Shown: in pieces, positions 50,958 to 61,270 of the stretch | Position numbering within the stretch: position 1 is the first letter of the stretch | How the letters are laid out: each line of letters begins with the position of its first letter | NCBI GenBank assembly: GCA_964527645.1 | Contig: CAZGQK010000005.1 | Coordinates: 375 to 64,374, forward strand | Origin: an uncultured Legionellales bacterium | GTDB lineage: Bacteria > Pseudomonadota > Gammaproteobacteria > CAZGQK01 | Reading direction: 5' to 3' | DNA length: 64,000 nt | The notes under the pieces: generated by a model | What the model saw: only the letters and a program-made list of their open reading frames with translations | Told to the model about the DNA's origin: nothing | The model's database searches: none | Translations under genes and position numbers: made by a program

Positions 50958-52685
50958 TCATTGACTTAGTTCGCTAAGCAGCTGTTTTAATTTTATTTTT
51001 TCTTTTTCACTTAGTGTTGCGCTACGGGACTTTTCAATGAGCATCTCGGCTAAGTGTCCATTTTGTAATTTCGTTAGGCACTTTATGCTGCCAAGGAACT
51101 CATCTTTTGCGTTCAATTTGACTGCTATTTCGGGTTGCCAGCTGGCCAAGCGAGCAATAATGGCTTGTTGTTGGGATTCAAAATGACCCATGAGTGCGCC
51201 GATGGAAAGCTGAGGCTTTTGATGCAATATCTCGATAAGTGCCTGCAGTAGCGAATTCAGTGGGTGTTGTGCGTAGCTTAAGCTGCTGGGTGATTCTACC
51301 AATTGTGCCAAATCTGTATCTTGCAGTAACAAAGAAATAGCCAAATTAGTCGGGTTGAGTACTTGGTATTTGGCAGGTAGCTTGCGCGCCAGGGGCGGTG
51401 ATTTAGGATGGCTGGGTTGGTTGAGAGCATTGAGTTCTTTTAAGCTGGTATTTAATTCTTGGGCTAAACGTTGATAAAGCAGCTCACGAAAAATACCTTC
51501 TGGCATGGTGTTAAGTAAGGCGCTTACTTGTTTTGCAAATTCAGCTTTGTGGGCGAGAGATTGTAAGGGCGTTTCCTCTTTAAGGTGTTCGAATAAAAAA
51601 TCGGTGAGTGGCGAGGCCTGCTGTATCATTTTTTCAAAACGTTGTTGGCCGATTTTTTGTACCAAGCTATCGGGGTCTTCACCTTCGGCAAGAAAGAGAA
51701 AATGGATATGTAGTCCATCGCGTAAATGTTTCAAACACAATGTCAGTGCTTTCCAAGCAGCGCGTCGGCCGGCAGCGTCACCATCGAAACAAAAAATTAG
51801 TCGATTGCAAGAACGTAATAATATTTGTAAATGGTTGTCGGTAACAGCGGTACCCAGCGTTGCCACTGCATAATCAATGCCTTGTTGTGCCAAGGAAACT
51901 ACGTCCATATAACCTTCAACGATTAAAAGTTGAGTCAATTGATTGTGTGTTTGGCGACATTCATAGAGGCCATATAATTCGTTACTTTTGTGAAAAATAG
52001 AGGTTTCCGGTGAATTCATATATTTTGCCGGATCTTGTCCTAGGGTTCGCCCACCAAAGGCGATGGTGTGCCCGCGGGTATTGCGAATAGGGAACATAAT
52101 ACGGTTGCGAAAACGGTCAAAAAAGCGATTTTCTTTTTGGATTACCAAGCCATTGTCGATTAATTGCTGGCGTGATTTAGCCTCTTTAAATGCTTGATGC
52201 AAGATTTCCCAGGCATCTGGCGCAAAACCAATAGCGAATTTTTTGGCAATAGCGCCCGTAAGCCCGCGTGATTTTAAGTAATCGATAGCCTTTTTGTTTT
52301 GCTTTAATTGTTGTTGATAAAAGTGGTTGACTTCTTCCATGACGGCAAACGATTCTTTGTGGTGTTGCCAGTTTGGATCATTTTGTCGTGGCACTTCCAG
52401 TCCGTGTTGCGAGGCGAGTTGTGTGAGCACATCAAGAAATTCAGCAGAATCGTAGTTCATCAAAAAACTAATTACATTGCCGTTGGCGCCACAGCCAAAA
52501 CAATAATAAAATTGCTTTCCTGGGCTAACCGAAAACGAGGGTGTTTTTTCTTCATGGAAGGGACATAAGCCGTGATAATCTTTGCCACGCTTTTTGATAC
52601 TAACCCGCGATTGGATAATCTCCACAATGTCGCTGCGAGCGATGATATCTTCGATGAATGCTTGTGGAATCCGTTCTGTACTCAT
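50958..52685 (-). CDS. dnaG: DNA primase
   Basis: Zinc ribbon CPFHEEKTPSFSVSPGKQFYYCFGCGANG and TOPRIM region IVEGYMDVVSL...DGDAAG. 575 aa. Confidence 0.95.
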   Translation of the reverse strand: MSTERIPQAFIEDIIARSDIVEIIQSRVSIKKRGKDYHGLCPFHEEKTPSFSVSPGKQFYYCFGCGANGNVISFLMNYDSAEFLDVLTQLASQHGLEVPRQNDPNWQHHKESFAVMEEVNHFYQQQLKQNKKAIDYLKSRGLTGAIAKKFAIGFAPDAWEILHQAFKEAKSRQQLIDNGLVIQKENRFFDRFRNRIMFPIRNTRGHTIAFGGRTLGQDPAKYMNSPETSIFHKSNELYGLYECRQTHNQLTQLLIVEGYMDVVSLAQQGIDYAVATLGTAVTDNHLQILLRSCNRLIFCFDGDAAGRRAAWKALTLCLKHLRDGLHIHFLFLAEGEDPDSLVQKIGQQRFEKMIQQASPLTDFLFEHLKEETPLQSLAHKAEFAKQVSALLNTMPEGIFRELLYQRLAQELNTSLKELNALNQPSHPKSPPLARKLPAKYQVLNPTNLAISLLLQDTDLAQLVESPSSLSYAQHPLNSLLQALIEILHQKPQLSIGALMGHFESQQQAIIARLASWQPEIAVKLNAKDEFLGSIKCLTKLQNGHLAEMLIEKSRSATLSEKEKIKLKQLLSELSQ

Positions 52686-52806
52686 ATTGACCTAATGTAT
52701 CGTTGGCTTATCAAGTAGTAGGTTAGGATAGTGAAACTGGTTGTGGGATGCAAGTTGGTTTAACAACAAGGAATGTTATGACGCAGGTAATGGGGGGTAG
52801 GCTTGC

Positions 52807-53259
52807 TTAGCTGCCAAGTTTGTTTTTGACTTGTGCGCTGACCAGGCCCATATCGGCTTTGCCTTGTAGGGATGGCTTGAGGATGGCCATAACCTTGCCC
52901 ATTTCTTTGATGGAATTGGCACCGGTTTGTTGCATGGCTTGTTCGATCGCTGCGGCTATTTCATCAGAGCTCATCTGCTTGGGCAGGTAAACCTGTAACA
53001 GCTTGATTTCGGTGTTTTCTTTTTCGGCCAGTTCATCGCGTTTGGCCTCGGTGAAGGCTTTGGCGGCATCTTGGCGCTGTTTGATCATTTTGTTGATAAT
53101 GCCCATGACGGCGCTGTCATTGAGCGTTGTTTGCTCATCAATCTCTTTTTGTTTGATGGCAGCACTGAACATACGCAAGGTCGTCAGTTTTAGAGAATCT
53201 TTGGCGCGCATGGCGCCTTTGATGTCGTTTTGTAGGCGTGATTTGATGTCATCCGACAT
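52807..53259 (-). CDS. yqeY: GatB/YqeY domain-containing protein
   Basis: LQNDIKGAMRAKDSLKLTTLRMFSAAIKQKEID...EIKLLQVYLPKQMS is a typical YqeY. It lies between rpsU and dnaG. Confidence 0.85.
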   Translation of the reverse strand: MSDDIKSRLQNDIKGAMRAKDSLKLTTLRMFSAAIKQKEIDEQTTLNDSAVMGIINKMIKQRQDAAKAFTEAKRDELAEKENTEIKLLQVYLPKQMSSDEIAAAIEQAMQQTGANSIKEMGKVMAILKPSLQGKADMGLVSAQVKNKLGS

Positions 53260-53273
53260 GATAGCGTGGTCCC

Positions 53274-53498
53274 TTAATAGCGAACGCGATCTCTTTCGAG
53301 TATTTCACGCTCTTTTTTCAGCTTTTTAGCATAGCGCTTGATAGCGGCAGCGCGTTTACGCTTACGTTTAGCCGTGGGTTTTTCATAGAACTCAAGCTGA
53401 CGTAATTTAGTAGGAATGCCAGCCTTTTCGCAGGCACGTTTGAAACGTCTTAAGGCGACGTCGAAGGAACCGTTATCTTGTATTTCAACACTTGGCAT
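53274..53498 (-). CDS. rpsU: 30S ribosomal protein S21
   Basis: [63 protein letters not shown]... An internal ATG of the 116-aa track ORF was chosen because AGGAGA lies upstream and S21 is about 71-75 aa. Confidence 0.95.
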   Translation of the reverse strand: MPSVEIQDNGSFDVALRRFKRACEKAGIPTKLRQLEFYEKPTAKRKRKRAAAIKRYAKKLKKEREILERDRVRY

Positions 53499-53671
53499 AA
53501 GTAAAGTCACTCTCCTAAAAACTGATCGTCTAGCACAAAGCGGCGATTGTAAAGGGTTTGTTTGGAGAATGCAAAGCCCGGCAGGCAACTCTTCGGAGTA
53601 GTGGGTGGCTATGAGATTGGGCATGTTGGGGTGAGCATGGTAATATGCCGCTTGAATTTAGGAGGATGCAA

Positions 53672-54514
53672 GTGAGTGATTCGTCGGCTATCGTGAATAT
53701 CTCGGCATACCATTTCCAGGCCTTGGAGGCTGAGGATTTGCCAGTCCTGCGTGGCAAGCTCAAGGACAAGGCGTTGCGCCTAGGCATTAAAGGTACGATC
53801 TTGTTGAGCCCCGAGGGCATCAATTTGTTCTTGGCCAGCGGGCGTGAACCGCTTGAGGCTTTCAAAGCGTATTTGGTTGAACGGGGTTTTGTGGACTTAC
53901 CTTACAAAGAGAGTTTTTCCGATCATCAACCTTTCACGCGCATGTTGGTACGCATTAAAAAAGAGATTATTTCTATGGGGGTGCCCGAGGTCGTGCCGCA
54001 CCAGAAAACCGCGCCGCATTTGCCGGTCGAGCAGCTGCGGGCTTGGTATGAGCAGGGTAAAGACATGGTGATTTTAGATACCCGTAACGATTACGAAGTG
54101 CGCTTGGGTACTTTTGAAAATGCCATTGATCTAAATATTAAAACCTTTCGTGATTTCCCCGAAGCGATTAAACAATTGCCTGAGGAGATGAAGCAAAAAC
54201 CGGTAGTGACTTTTTGCACCGGTGGTATCCGTTGTGAAAAAGCGGCTGCATTAATGCAGCAACAGGGGTTTGCTGAAGTGTATCAATTGCACGGCGGCAT
54301 TTTAAAGTATCTTGAAGAATGCGGTGGCGAGCATTACGAAGGGGAGTGTTTTGTTTTTGATAAACGCGTGGCTTTAAACGCTGAGTTAACAGAAACTGAA
54401 ACAGTGCAATGTTTTTCTTGTCGTCAACCGATTAGCGCTGCCGAGCAAGCCACTGATGACGATACCTGCCCTTATTGTGATAACTCTCGTCATGGTAAAG
54501 TCGTTAATGATTAA
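53672..54514 (+). CDS. trhO: rhodanese-domain tRNA uridine(34) hydroxylase TrhO (YceA/UPF0176 family)
   Basis: ...NISAYHFQAL...KGTILLSPEGINLFLAG... and the rhodanese loop TFCTGGIRCEKA, plus a C-terminal Cys cluster CFSC...CPYC. GTG 53672 lies 6 nt after AGGAGG. The track ORF starts at 53645. Confidence 0.75.
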   Translation: MSDSSAIVNISAYHFQALEAEDLPVLRGKLKDKALRLGIKGTILLSPEGINLFLASGREPLEAFKAYLVERGFVDLPYKESFSDHQPFTRMLVRIKKEIISMGVPEVVPHQKTAPHLPVEQLRAWYEQGKDMVILDTRNDYEVRLGTFENAIDLNIKTFRDFPEAIKQLPEEMKQKPVVTFCTGGIRCEKAAALMQQQGFAEVYQLHGGILKYLEECGGEHYEGECFVFDKRVALNAELTETETVQCFSCRQPISAAEQATDDDTCPYCDNSRHGKVVND

Positions 54515-54522
54515 GGATTGAT

Positions 54523-55173
54523 GTGAGTCAAACACCGCTACCTATTTTATACAGTTTTCGTCGTTGTCCTTATGCGATGCGTGCACGTTTGGCGTTGCGT
54601 TATGCTGGCATTACAGTTGAGTTACGCGAAGTGGATTTAAAAAACAAACCCGCTGAGCTATTAACTGCTTCACCTAAGGGTACGGTGCCGGTGTTGCAAT
54701 TTCCTGATGGTAAAATCATTGAAGAAAGTTTGGATATTATGTATTGGGCAGTTGCACAAAAGGATATTGATGGCTGGGCTTTAAAAGATGAAAACCTGCG
54801 TAAGCAGGCGCGTTCCTGGATTGTTGAAAATGATACAGACTTTGTTAAGTATGCGCGTGTGTGTAAATATCCAGAACGCTATCCTGATGAAGATAGCGAA
54901 AAACATCGCGATAACGCTTTGGCCTTTATTCATAAAATAGAAGTGAATCTGGGACAGCATCAGTTTTTATTAAGTGATTCGCCCGCGTTAGTTGATGCCG
55001 CCTTATTGCCTTTTGTGCGTCAATTTATGCAAATAGATGTGGATTTCTTTCGTCAACAAAAATTAGTGCAAACGCAACGCTGGCTGGATTATTGGTTGCA
55101 ATTGCCTTTGTTTGCAGCGATTATGCAAAAGCACCAACCCTGGCAGCCGGGTGCGGAAATTATTGTTATGTAG
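54523..55173 (+). CDS. glutathione S-transferase family protein
   Basis: Thioredoxin-fold N-terminus LYSFRRCPYAMRARLAL...TVPVL... followed by a helical C-terminal domain. GTG start. 216 aa. Confidence 0.65.
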   Translation: MSQTPLPILYSFRRCPYAMRARLALRYAGITVELREVDLKNKPAELLTASPKGTVPVLQFPDGKIIEESLDIMYWAVAQKDIDGWALKDENLRKQARSWIVENDTDFVKYARVCKYPERYPDEDSEKHRDNALAFIHKIEVNLGQHQFLLSDSPALVDAALLPFVRQFMQIDVDFFRQQKLVQTQRWLDYWLQLPLFAAIMQKHQPWQPGAEIIVM

Positions 55174-55182
55174 GGCTTCTCG

Positions 55183-56601
55183 GTGAATAGTTTTAAAATT
55201 CTTTATGATTACTACGCGGACATTATGCCGCAGGCCAGTGAATTTATGGCCTTGCAAGATGTGCCGTTGCCGATGACTTGTTGGGCGAATCCTTTAAAAA
55301 TTTCTGTTGCTGATTTAGCGAATCAATTAGCGCAAGATGATATTAAAACCACGCCACTGACTTGGCATAAAGATGCATTGCGTTGTGATGAGAAAGTTAG
55401 TTTGGGCAATCATTGGTGTTATGCGGCAGGGTTGTTGCAAATTCAAGAAGAAGTATCGATGTTGCCGGCACAACTGCTGGCACCGCAGCCGGGTGAAAAG
55501 GTCTTGGATTTGTGTGCTGCGCCGGGCAATAAAACCGCACAAATGTCATTAATGATGCACAATCAAGGCACTTTAATTGCTAATGATTGTAATTACCAAC
55601 GTCTGCGTGCCTTGAGTCAGATTAGTAAACGTTTGGGCTTAATAAATATTAGCACCAGTGTTTATGACGGCACCAGTTTTGCACGCTTAAATGGTTATTT
55701 TGATAAAGTGTTGGTAGATGCGCCGTGTTCTTGTCAGGGAACTTTTCGTAAAAATTTAAGAAAAACGATCCAGGTGGGTGAGAAAATATCAAAGCATGCG
55801 CAATCGGTGCAAATCGCTTTGCTAGATAAAGCCTTGCATTTGGCGCGCCAAGGGGGGCGGGTGATGTATTCCACTTGCACTTTTGCACCCGAAGAAAACG
55901 AAGCGGTGATTGATTATTTTTGCAAAAAATACGCGGGTAAAGTTCGCGTGTTGCCGCTTAAGATGCCAAACTTTAAGGCATCGCCAGGGATTTTAAAGTG
56001 GCGTGATCAAGTGTTTGCTAAGCAAGTTGCCGAGTGCTGGCGCGTTTGGCCGCAGCAAAACAATACCGGCGGTTTTTTTGTTGCTTTATTAGAAAAAACC
56101 GGTGAAATTGGCCGAGAGTTCGATTTTACCAGCGAAATTGCGCATCAAGTTGCTACCTCGGAGATTGCTCCGCGCCTACTTGATTTAGTCGAGCGCTTTG
56201 GTATAGCTGCGGATGTTTTGCAAGATTATATTTATACCGATGCTAGCAAGCGCGGTATTTATATGATTAATCCCGACAATCAGCCACCACAAGATTGTAA
56301 GTTGGATGCTAGTGGTTTGTTTTTTTTAAAAACTAAAATTAAATATCCGAAATTATCTACGGCGGCAGCGATGCTTTTAAACAAGCATGCAACACGCCAC
56401 ACGCTGATATTAACACAGCCACAGCGCGATGCTTTTTTTCGGCATCAGGATATTGATCTGAGCAAAGAACAGATTAGCAGTTGCACTGACATGGGTTATG
56501 TGATGGTGAGATATGACAATTATGCGTTGGGTTTAGGCTTATTGTTTTTCCGCAAAGATGGCTCGGCGGTGTTGCGTAGCTTGTTTCCGCGGTATTTTTG
56601 A
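55183..56601 (+). CDS. rsmF: RsmB/RsmF-family rRNA cytosine-C5 methyltransferase (RsmF-like, no NusB domain)
   Basis: SAM site VLDLCAAPGNKT. Catalytic motifs VLVDAPCSCQGTFRKN and MYSTCTFAPEENE. 472 aa. GTG start. Confidence 0.75.
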   Translation: MNSFKILYDYYADIMPQASEFMALQDVPLPMTCWANPLKISVADLANQLAQDDIKTTPLTWHKDALRCDEKVSLGNHWCYAAGLLQIQEEVSMLPAQLLAPQPGEKVLDLCAAPGNKTAQMSLMMHNQGTLIANDCNYQRLRALSQISKRLGLINISTSVYDGTSFARLNGYFDKVLVDAPCSCQGTFRKNLRKTIQVGEKISKHAQSVQIALLDKALHLARQGGRVMYSTCTFAPEENEAVIDYFCKKYAGKVRVLPLKMPNFKASPGILKWRDQVFAKQVAECWRVWPQQNNTGGFFVALLEKTGEIGREFDFTSEIAHQVATSEIAPRLLDLVERFGIAADVLQDYIYTDASKRGIYMINPDNQPPQDCKLDASGLFFLKTKIKYPKLSTAAAMLLNKHATRHTLILTQPQRDAFFRHQDIDLSKEQISSCTDMGYVMVRYDNYALGLGLLFFRKDGSAVLRSLFPRYF

Positions 56602-56742
56602 TTGATGTCATGGGCTACTGCAGCATTTTTAGCATGGCAAGATTTGACTGGGGGATGCGGTGCTGCTAGAGGTAAAAAGTCTTCTGGCACGCCCGCCAAG
56701 AACCTGCTACATTTAGGGCATTGTAAACGATGAGGGAGACGC

Positions 56743-57690
56743 ATGAATCTTAACTACCTTGATTTTGAACAACCGATTGCCGATCTGGAAGAAAAAATTC
56801 AGGAGCTCAAGCGGGTTGGCTCTGGGCAAGACATCGATATCAATGAAGAAATCAGTCGATTAGAAGGAAAATGTGATGATCTAACGCGATCTATCTTCTC
56901 CGCATTGACACCGCCGCAAATCGTGCAGATGGCACGCCATCCGCTGCGCCCCTATACCTTGGATTACATTGATCATATTTTTACAGACTTCAACGAGCTG
57001 CACGGTGATCGACACAGCGCTAAAGCGGCAGCCATGATTGGTGGTATAGCGCGTCTTGAGGGTAAGCCGGTCGTGGTGTTGGGTCATCAAAAGGGCCGCA
57101 GCACTAAAGATAAGTTAGAGCGTAATTTTGGTATGGCCTCGCCGGAGGGTTTTCGCAAAGCGCTGCGCTTGATGAAGTTGGCGGAAAAATTCTCCTTGCC
57201 GGTCATTACTTTTATTGATACACCGGGTGCTTATCCTGGGATTACTGCGGAAGAGCACAATCAAAGTGAAGCGATTGCGCGTAATTTATTTGAAATGTCG
57301 CAGTTACGTACGCCCATACTGTGCGTGGTAACTGGCGAGGGTTGTTCCGGTGGTGCGTTGGGTATTGGTGTTGGTGATCGAGTGGTGATGTTGCAATACA
57401 GTTATTACGCGGTTATTTCGCCAGAAGGGTGTGCTTCGATTTTATGGAAAAGTGCAGAAAAAGCCAATGAAGCGGCGCAGGCATTAGGTTTAACCTCTGA
57501 GCGTTTACTGGAATTAGGCTTGATCGATGAAATTTTACCGGAACCCATGGGCGGCGCGCATCGTGACCCTGCCAATATGGCAGTTAGCATAAAAGATTGT
57601 TTACTGAAAAATTTATTGATGTTAGAGCAATTATCTTTAGATGAATTACTTAAGCAGCGCTATGATCGTTTAGTTGCCGTTGGGCGTTAA
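56743..57690 (+). CDS. accA: acetyl-CoA carboxylase carboxyltransferase alpha subunit
   Basis: [22 protein letters not shown]..., [24 protein letters not shown]. 315 aa. Confidence 0.95.
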   Translation: MNLNYLDFEQPIADLEEKIQELKRVGSGQDIDINEEISRLEGKCDDLTRSIFSALTPPQIVQMARHPLRPYTLDYIDHIFTDFNELHGDRHSAKAAAMIGGIARLEGKPVVVLGHQKGRSTKDKLERNFGMASPEGFRKALRLMKLAEKFSLPVITFIDTPGAYPGITAEEHNQSEAIARNLFEMSQLRTPILCVVTGEGCSGGALGIGVGDRVVMLQYSYYAVISPEGCASILWKSAEKANEAAQALGLTSERLLELGLIDEILPEPMGGAHRDPANMAVSIKDCLLKNLLMLEQLSLDELLKQRYDRLVAVGR

Positions 57691-57699
57691 AATTTTGTT

Positions 57700-59046
57700 A
57701 TGTTTACTTTAGAAAAATTAACCGCTGAGCTTAGATCTCTTTCTGCTTGCCAATCTTATTTAATCGCTTACAGTGGCGGTTTGGATTCGCATGTTTTGTT
57801 ATATGCCATGGTGCAATTAAAAAAGACTCATCCTGATATACAGTTGCAAGCCATACATATTAATCATAATTTGCAAGCTGAGTCAGCAGCTTGGGTACAG
57901 CATTGTCAACAAGTGTGTGCTGCTTTGCAAGTTGATTTTTGTGTGCAAGCATTACAATTGTCACCGGCTAAGGGTGAGAGTATTGAAGCGGCGGCGCGCA
58001 CGGCACGTTATGGCGAGTTTAAGAAACTATTAAAGCTGAATCAATTATTATTAACTGCCCATCATGCTGATGATCAAGCTGAAACCTGGCTGTTGCAGGG
58101 GTTGCGTGGTGCCGGCATTAAAGGCTTGGCAGCAATGGGGGGTATTAAAAAATTAGGCAGTAGTTTTTTGGCAAGACCGTTGCTGCAGTTCACCCGCGCG
58201 CAACTGGAAAGTTATGCCCACCAAGAAAAATTGAATTGGATTGAAGATTCCAGCAATAGCAATGAAAGATTCTCACGCAATTTTTTGCGCTCACAAATTA
58301 TGCCGTTGTTGCGTGAAAAATTCCCGTCAGTGGCTTTTACGTTTTCGCGCAGTGCCCAACATTGTGCCGAAGCCAATGTGTTATTGGATGAATTAGCACA
58401 GCAGGATTGGCAAAGCGTACAAGGGGGTAGTGAAAATAGATTGTCTGTCGCTGCATTATTACAGTTATCATCTGTTCGTCAACGGAATGTTTTGCGTTAT
58501 TGGTTGCAACAGTTAGGGTTTCAACTGCCTAATCAGAAACGCTTATTAGAATTGCAAAAAAACCTATTGCACGCTGCAGTGGATGCGCTGCCAGAATTAA
58601 ATTGGGCCGCTGTGAAAATACAACGTTATCAAGGTGAGTTATATGCCTTGTCAGCACAATCGGAGCTTGATGTGCAAAAGCGTTATAGTTGGAATTTAAA
58701 TGCTCCATTGCTTTTACCTCATGGTCAATTAAGGGCTGAAAAAAGTCAGGGAGTTGGTTTATCCATTGCACGTTGTGGGGATGATTTAGCGGTGCGTTTT
58801 CGTCAAGGTGGTGAAAAAATTCAATTAAGTGGGCATGCGCATCATCAGGAATTAAAAAAATTGATGCAGCAATGGCAAGTGCCACCTTGGCAGCGCGAGC
58901 GAATTCCGTTACTGTATCAAGGTGATGTGTTAATCTCGGTGGTGGGTTATGGCAGTGCAAAAGCGTATGCCGCACAAGCAGATGAGCCGAGTTGGTTAGT
59001 TAAGTTTGAGTTGGATAAGGACACCAGCAATGGCAAAAACAATTGA
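57700..59046 (+). CDS. tilS: tRNA(Ile)-lysidine synthetase
   Basis: PP-loop IAYSGGLDSHVLL, LLTAHHADDQAET and C-terminal domain QWQVPPWQRERIPLLY. It follows accA, as is common in gammaproteobacteria. Confidence 0.9.
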   Translation: MFTLEKLTAELRSLSACQSYLIAYSGGLDSHVLLYAMVQLKKTHPDIQLQAIHINHNLQAESAAWVQHCQQVCAALQVDFCVQALQLSPAKGESIEAAARTARYGEFKKLLKLNQLLLTAHHADDQAETWLLQGLRGAGIKGLAAMGGIKKLGSSFLARPLLQFTRAQLESYAHQEKLNWIEDSSNSNERFSRNFLRSQIMPLLREKFPSVAFTFSRSAQHCAEANVLLDELAQQDWQSVQGGSENRLSVAALLQLSSVRQRNVLRYWLQQLGFQLPNQKRLLELQKNLLHAAVDALPELNWAAVKIQRYQGELYALSAQSELDVQKRYSWNLNAPLLLPHGQLRAEKSQGVGLSIARCGDDLAVRFRQGGEKIQLSGHAHHQELKKLMQQWQVPPWQRERIPLLYQGDVLISVVGYGSAKAYAAQADEPSWLVKFELDKDTSNGKNN

Positions 59047-61270
59047 AATGACGCAACAGTTAGCGCTTTCGGGGATGGGTTGTGCGAGTTGTGTTGGTAA
59101 AATTGAACAAGCCCTAAAGAAAGTGCCAGGCGTTAAGCAGGCGCAAGTAAATTTTGCGGCTAAAACAGCAACCATAGAAGGTACTGCTACGGCCGATGAT
59201 TTAATTGCTGCCGTGGTGGCTTTGGGTTATCAAGCGCGTGTGGCAAATACAGAAAGTCGTGAACAGCGCTCGCAAGAAGAACATAAACATTATTTAGCCT
59301 TATTAAAAAAATCATTGCTTGCCGCTGTTGTGGGCATTCCCTTATTTTTAGAGCTGTTTTGGCCGTGGCTGCCAAGTATTGCTCGGCCCGTGCTGCAATG
59401 GCCGTGGCTTTTAGTGGGATTATTAAGTTTTGCTGTATTGGTTTATTCGGGCGGGCATATTTATCGATCGGCATGGCAGTCTTTTCTATCGCATACCGCC
59501 AATATGGATACTTTAGTCGGTTTGGGTACCGGGGTTGCTTGGCTTTACTCATTTATTGTGGTGTTAATTCCTCAGTATATTCCGGCAGCTGCGCGTGCGG
59601 TTTATTTTGATACCTCTTTATTGCTGCTGGCTTTTATTAATTTCGGTGCTGCCATGGAAATACGTGCGCGCGGTAGAACTTCGCAGGCGATTGAAAAATT
59701 ATTAGGCCTAACGCCGAAAACAGCACGTGTAGTAGTGGGGGGTGTAGAAAAAGACGTGCCGCTTGCCTCGGTGCAGGTAGGCGATCAATTGCGTATTCGC
59801 CCGGGTGAGAAAATTGCGGTTGATGGTGAGGTGACAGAGGGCAGTTCGGCGGTGGATGAATCGATGCTAACCGGTGAGCCCTTGGCGGTGAAAAAATCGC
59901 TTGGCAGTTTAGTTTATGCTGGTACCCTTAATAAAGCCGGTAGCTTTATTTTTTGTGCTACCAAGGTGGGCAAAGAAACAGCGTTAGCGCAAATTGTGCA
60001 AAGCGTGCAGCAAGCACAAAATGCCAAACCCAAAATAGGGCGCCTAGCTGATAAAGTCTCAGCCATATTTGTACCAACCGTTTTAATTATTGCGTTAATG
60101 ACCGCTTTAATTTGGTTTAATTTCGGTCCGGCACCGAAATCGGCCTTTGTGTTATTAACCAGTGTTGCCGTTTTGGTGATTGCCTGTCCGTGTGCCCTAG
60201 GTTTAGCAACACCTATCGCGGTGATGGTGGGTGTTGGGCGTGCGGCGCGCAAAGGTATTTTAATTCGCAATGGTGATGCCTTGCAGTTGGCGGGTAAATT
60301 AACCACGATTGTTTTGGATAAAACCGGCACGGTTACCGCAGGCAAGCCACAGTTGGGTGTGATTAAAACAGTCGCTGATTTAAACGAGCAGCAATTATTG
60401 CAAATAGCGGCCAGTTTAGAGGCTTCGTCCGAACATCCGTTAGGCCAAGTGATTGTCGATGCGGCAAGGGTGCAAGCGGTGTCGTTGGAAAAGATTGACT
60501 CTTTTCAGGCTAAAAGTGGTTTTGGTGTGATGGCTAATGTGCAGGGTGTGATGACTTATTTAGGCAATCAGCGTTTAATGGATGAGCAGAAGATTGTGTT
60601 AGGTGATTTAAAAACATTAGCAGATGAGTTGGCCGATCAAGGACACACGCCCATGTATTTGGCACAAGCGGATCGTTTGTTGGGCTTAATTTCGGTGACC
60701 GATCCGATTAAAGACGATTCTAAGCAAGCCATTGCACATTTAATAAAGCAAGGTCTGCAGGTGGTGATGGTGACCGGTGACCAACAAAAAACGGCGCAAG
60801 CGGTGGCGAAGCAGGTGGGTATTACCCAGGTGATTGCTGAGGTTTTACCGCAAGAAAAACAGGCGCAGATAAAAAAATTACAACAACAGGGTGCGGTGGT
60901 TGCCATGGTCGGCGACGGTATTAATGATGCACCTGCCTTGGCAGCTGCTGATGTCGGTTTTGCTATTGGTAGTGGTACTGATGTGGCGATGGAAAGTGCG
61001 GACGTGGTGTTGATGTCTGGTTCGTTGTGGGGGGTGGTTGATGCGCTATTTGTTTCGCGCGCCACGGTGCGTACCATTAAACAAAATTTATTTGCTGCCT
61101 TTGCTTACAACAGTTTAGGTATTCCAATCGCTGCGGGAATTTTGTATCCTTTCCTTGGCATTTTATTAAATCCGTTGTTTGCCGGCATTGCCATGGCTTT
61201 ATCGTCCATTAGTGTGGTATTAAATGCCAATCGCTTGCACTGGCTGAAGATGAAGAGGACTGTCTCATGA
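59030..61270 (+). CDS. copA: copper-translocating P1B-type ATPase
   Basis: HMA domain GMGCASC, TGEP, TM6 CPC, DKTGT phosphorylation site, HP, and GDGINDAP hinge. ATG 59030 (AAGGA upstream) overlaps the tilS 3' end by 17 nt. The track ORF starts at TTG 59006. Confidence 0.92.
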   Translation: MAKTIEMTQQLALSGMGCASCVGKIEQALKKVPGVKQAQVNFAAKTATIEGTATADDLIAAVVALGYQARVANTESREQRSQEEHKHYLALLKKSLLAAVVGIPLFLELFWPWLPSIARPVLQWPWLLVGLLSFAVLVYSGGHIYRSAWQSFLSHTANMDTLVGLGTGVAWLYSFIVVLIPQYIPAAARAVYFDTSLLLLAFINFGAAMEIRARGRTSQAIEKLLGLTPKTARVVVGGVEKDVPLASVQVGDQLRIRPGEKIAVDGEVTEGSSAVDESMLTGEPLAVKKSLGSLVYAGTLNKAGSFIFCATKVGKETALAQIVQSVQQAQNAKPKIGRLADKVSAIFVPTVLIIALMTALIWFNFGPAPKSAFVLLTSVAVLVIACPCALGLATPIAVMVGVGRAARKGILIRNGDALQLAGKLTTIVLDKTGTVTAGKPQLGVIKTVADLNEQQLLQIAASLEASSEHPLGQVIVDAARVQAVSLEKIDSFQAKSGFGVMANVQGVMTYLGNQRLMDEQKIVLGDLKTLADELADQGHTPMYLAQADRLLGLISVTDPIKDDSKQAIAHLIKQGLQVVMVTGDQQKTAQAVAKQVGITQVIAEVLPQEKQAQIKKLQQQGAVVAMVGDGINDAPALAAADVGFAIGSGTDVAMESADVVLMSGSLWGVVDALFVSRATVRTIKQNLFAAFAYNSLGIPIAAGILYPFLGILLNPLFAGIAMALSSISVVLNANRLHWLKMKRTVS

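Noticed and set aside
52776-52792. Exact 15-mer TATGACGCAGGTAAT shared between the yqeY-dnaG spacer and the folD 3' region (31685-31699)
   Set aside because: By rough expectation, one or two exact 15-mer coincidences are expected by chance in 64 kb. No partner inverted repeat exists near 52776. I kept it only as a note within the REP-like family, not as an independent element.
53499-53624. 5' extension of the rpsU ORF (the track ORF is 116 aa) and the overlapping 111-aa ORF at 53530-53865
   Set aside because: S21 is ~71-75 aa. An internal ATG at 53498 is preceded by AGGAGA. The extension has no similarity to anything and overlaps the divergent trhO promoter region.
58529-58975. 148-aa minus-strand ORF inside tilS. 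Similar shadow ORFs occur at 59914-60345 and 60637-61077 inside copA, 38197-38682 across rlmE/ftsH, 2103-2483 inside the PDT gene, 257-571 inside the M20 gene, and 11786-12121, 49104-50684 and 51505-51873 inside other genes
   Set aside because: All lie antisense or out of frame within genes that have unambiguous conserved-motif support. Their translations are low-complexity or Cys/Ser/Ala-rich, as is typical of shadow frames, and they have no RBS context.
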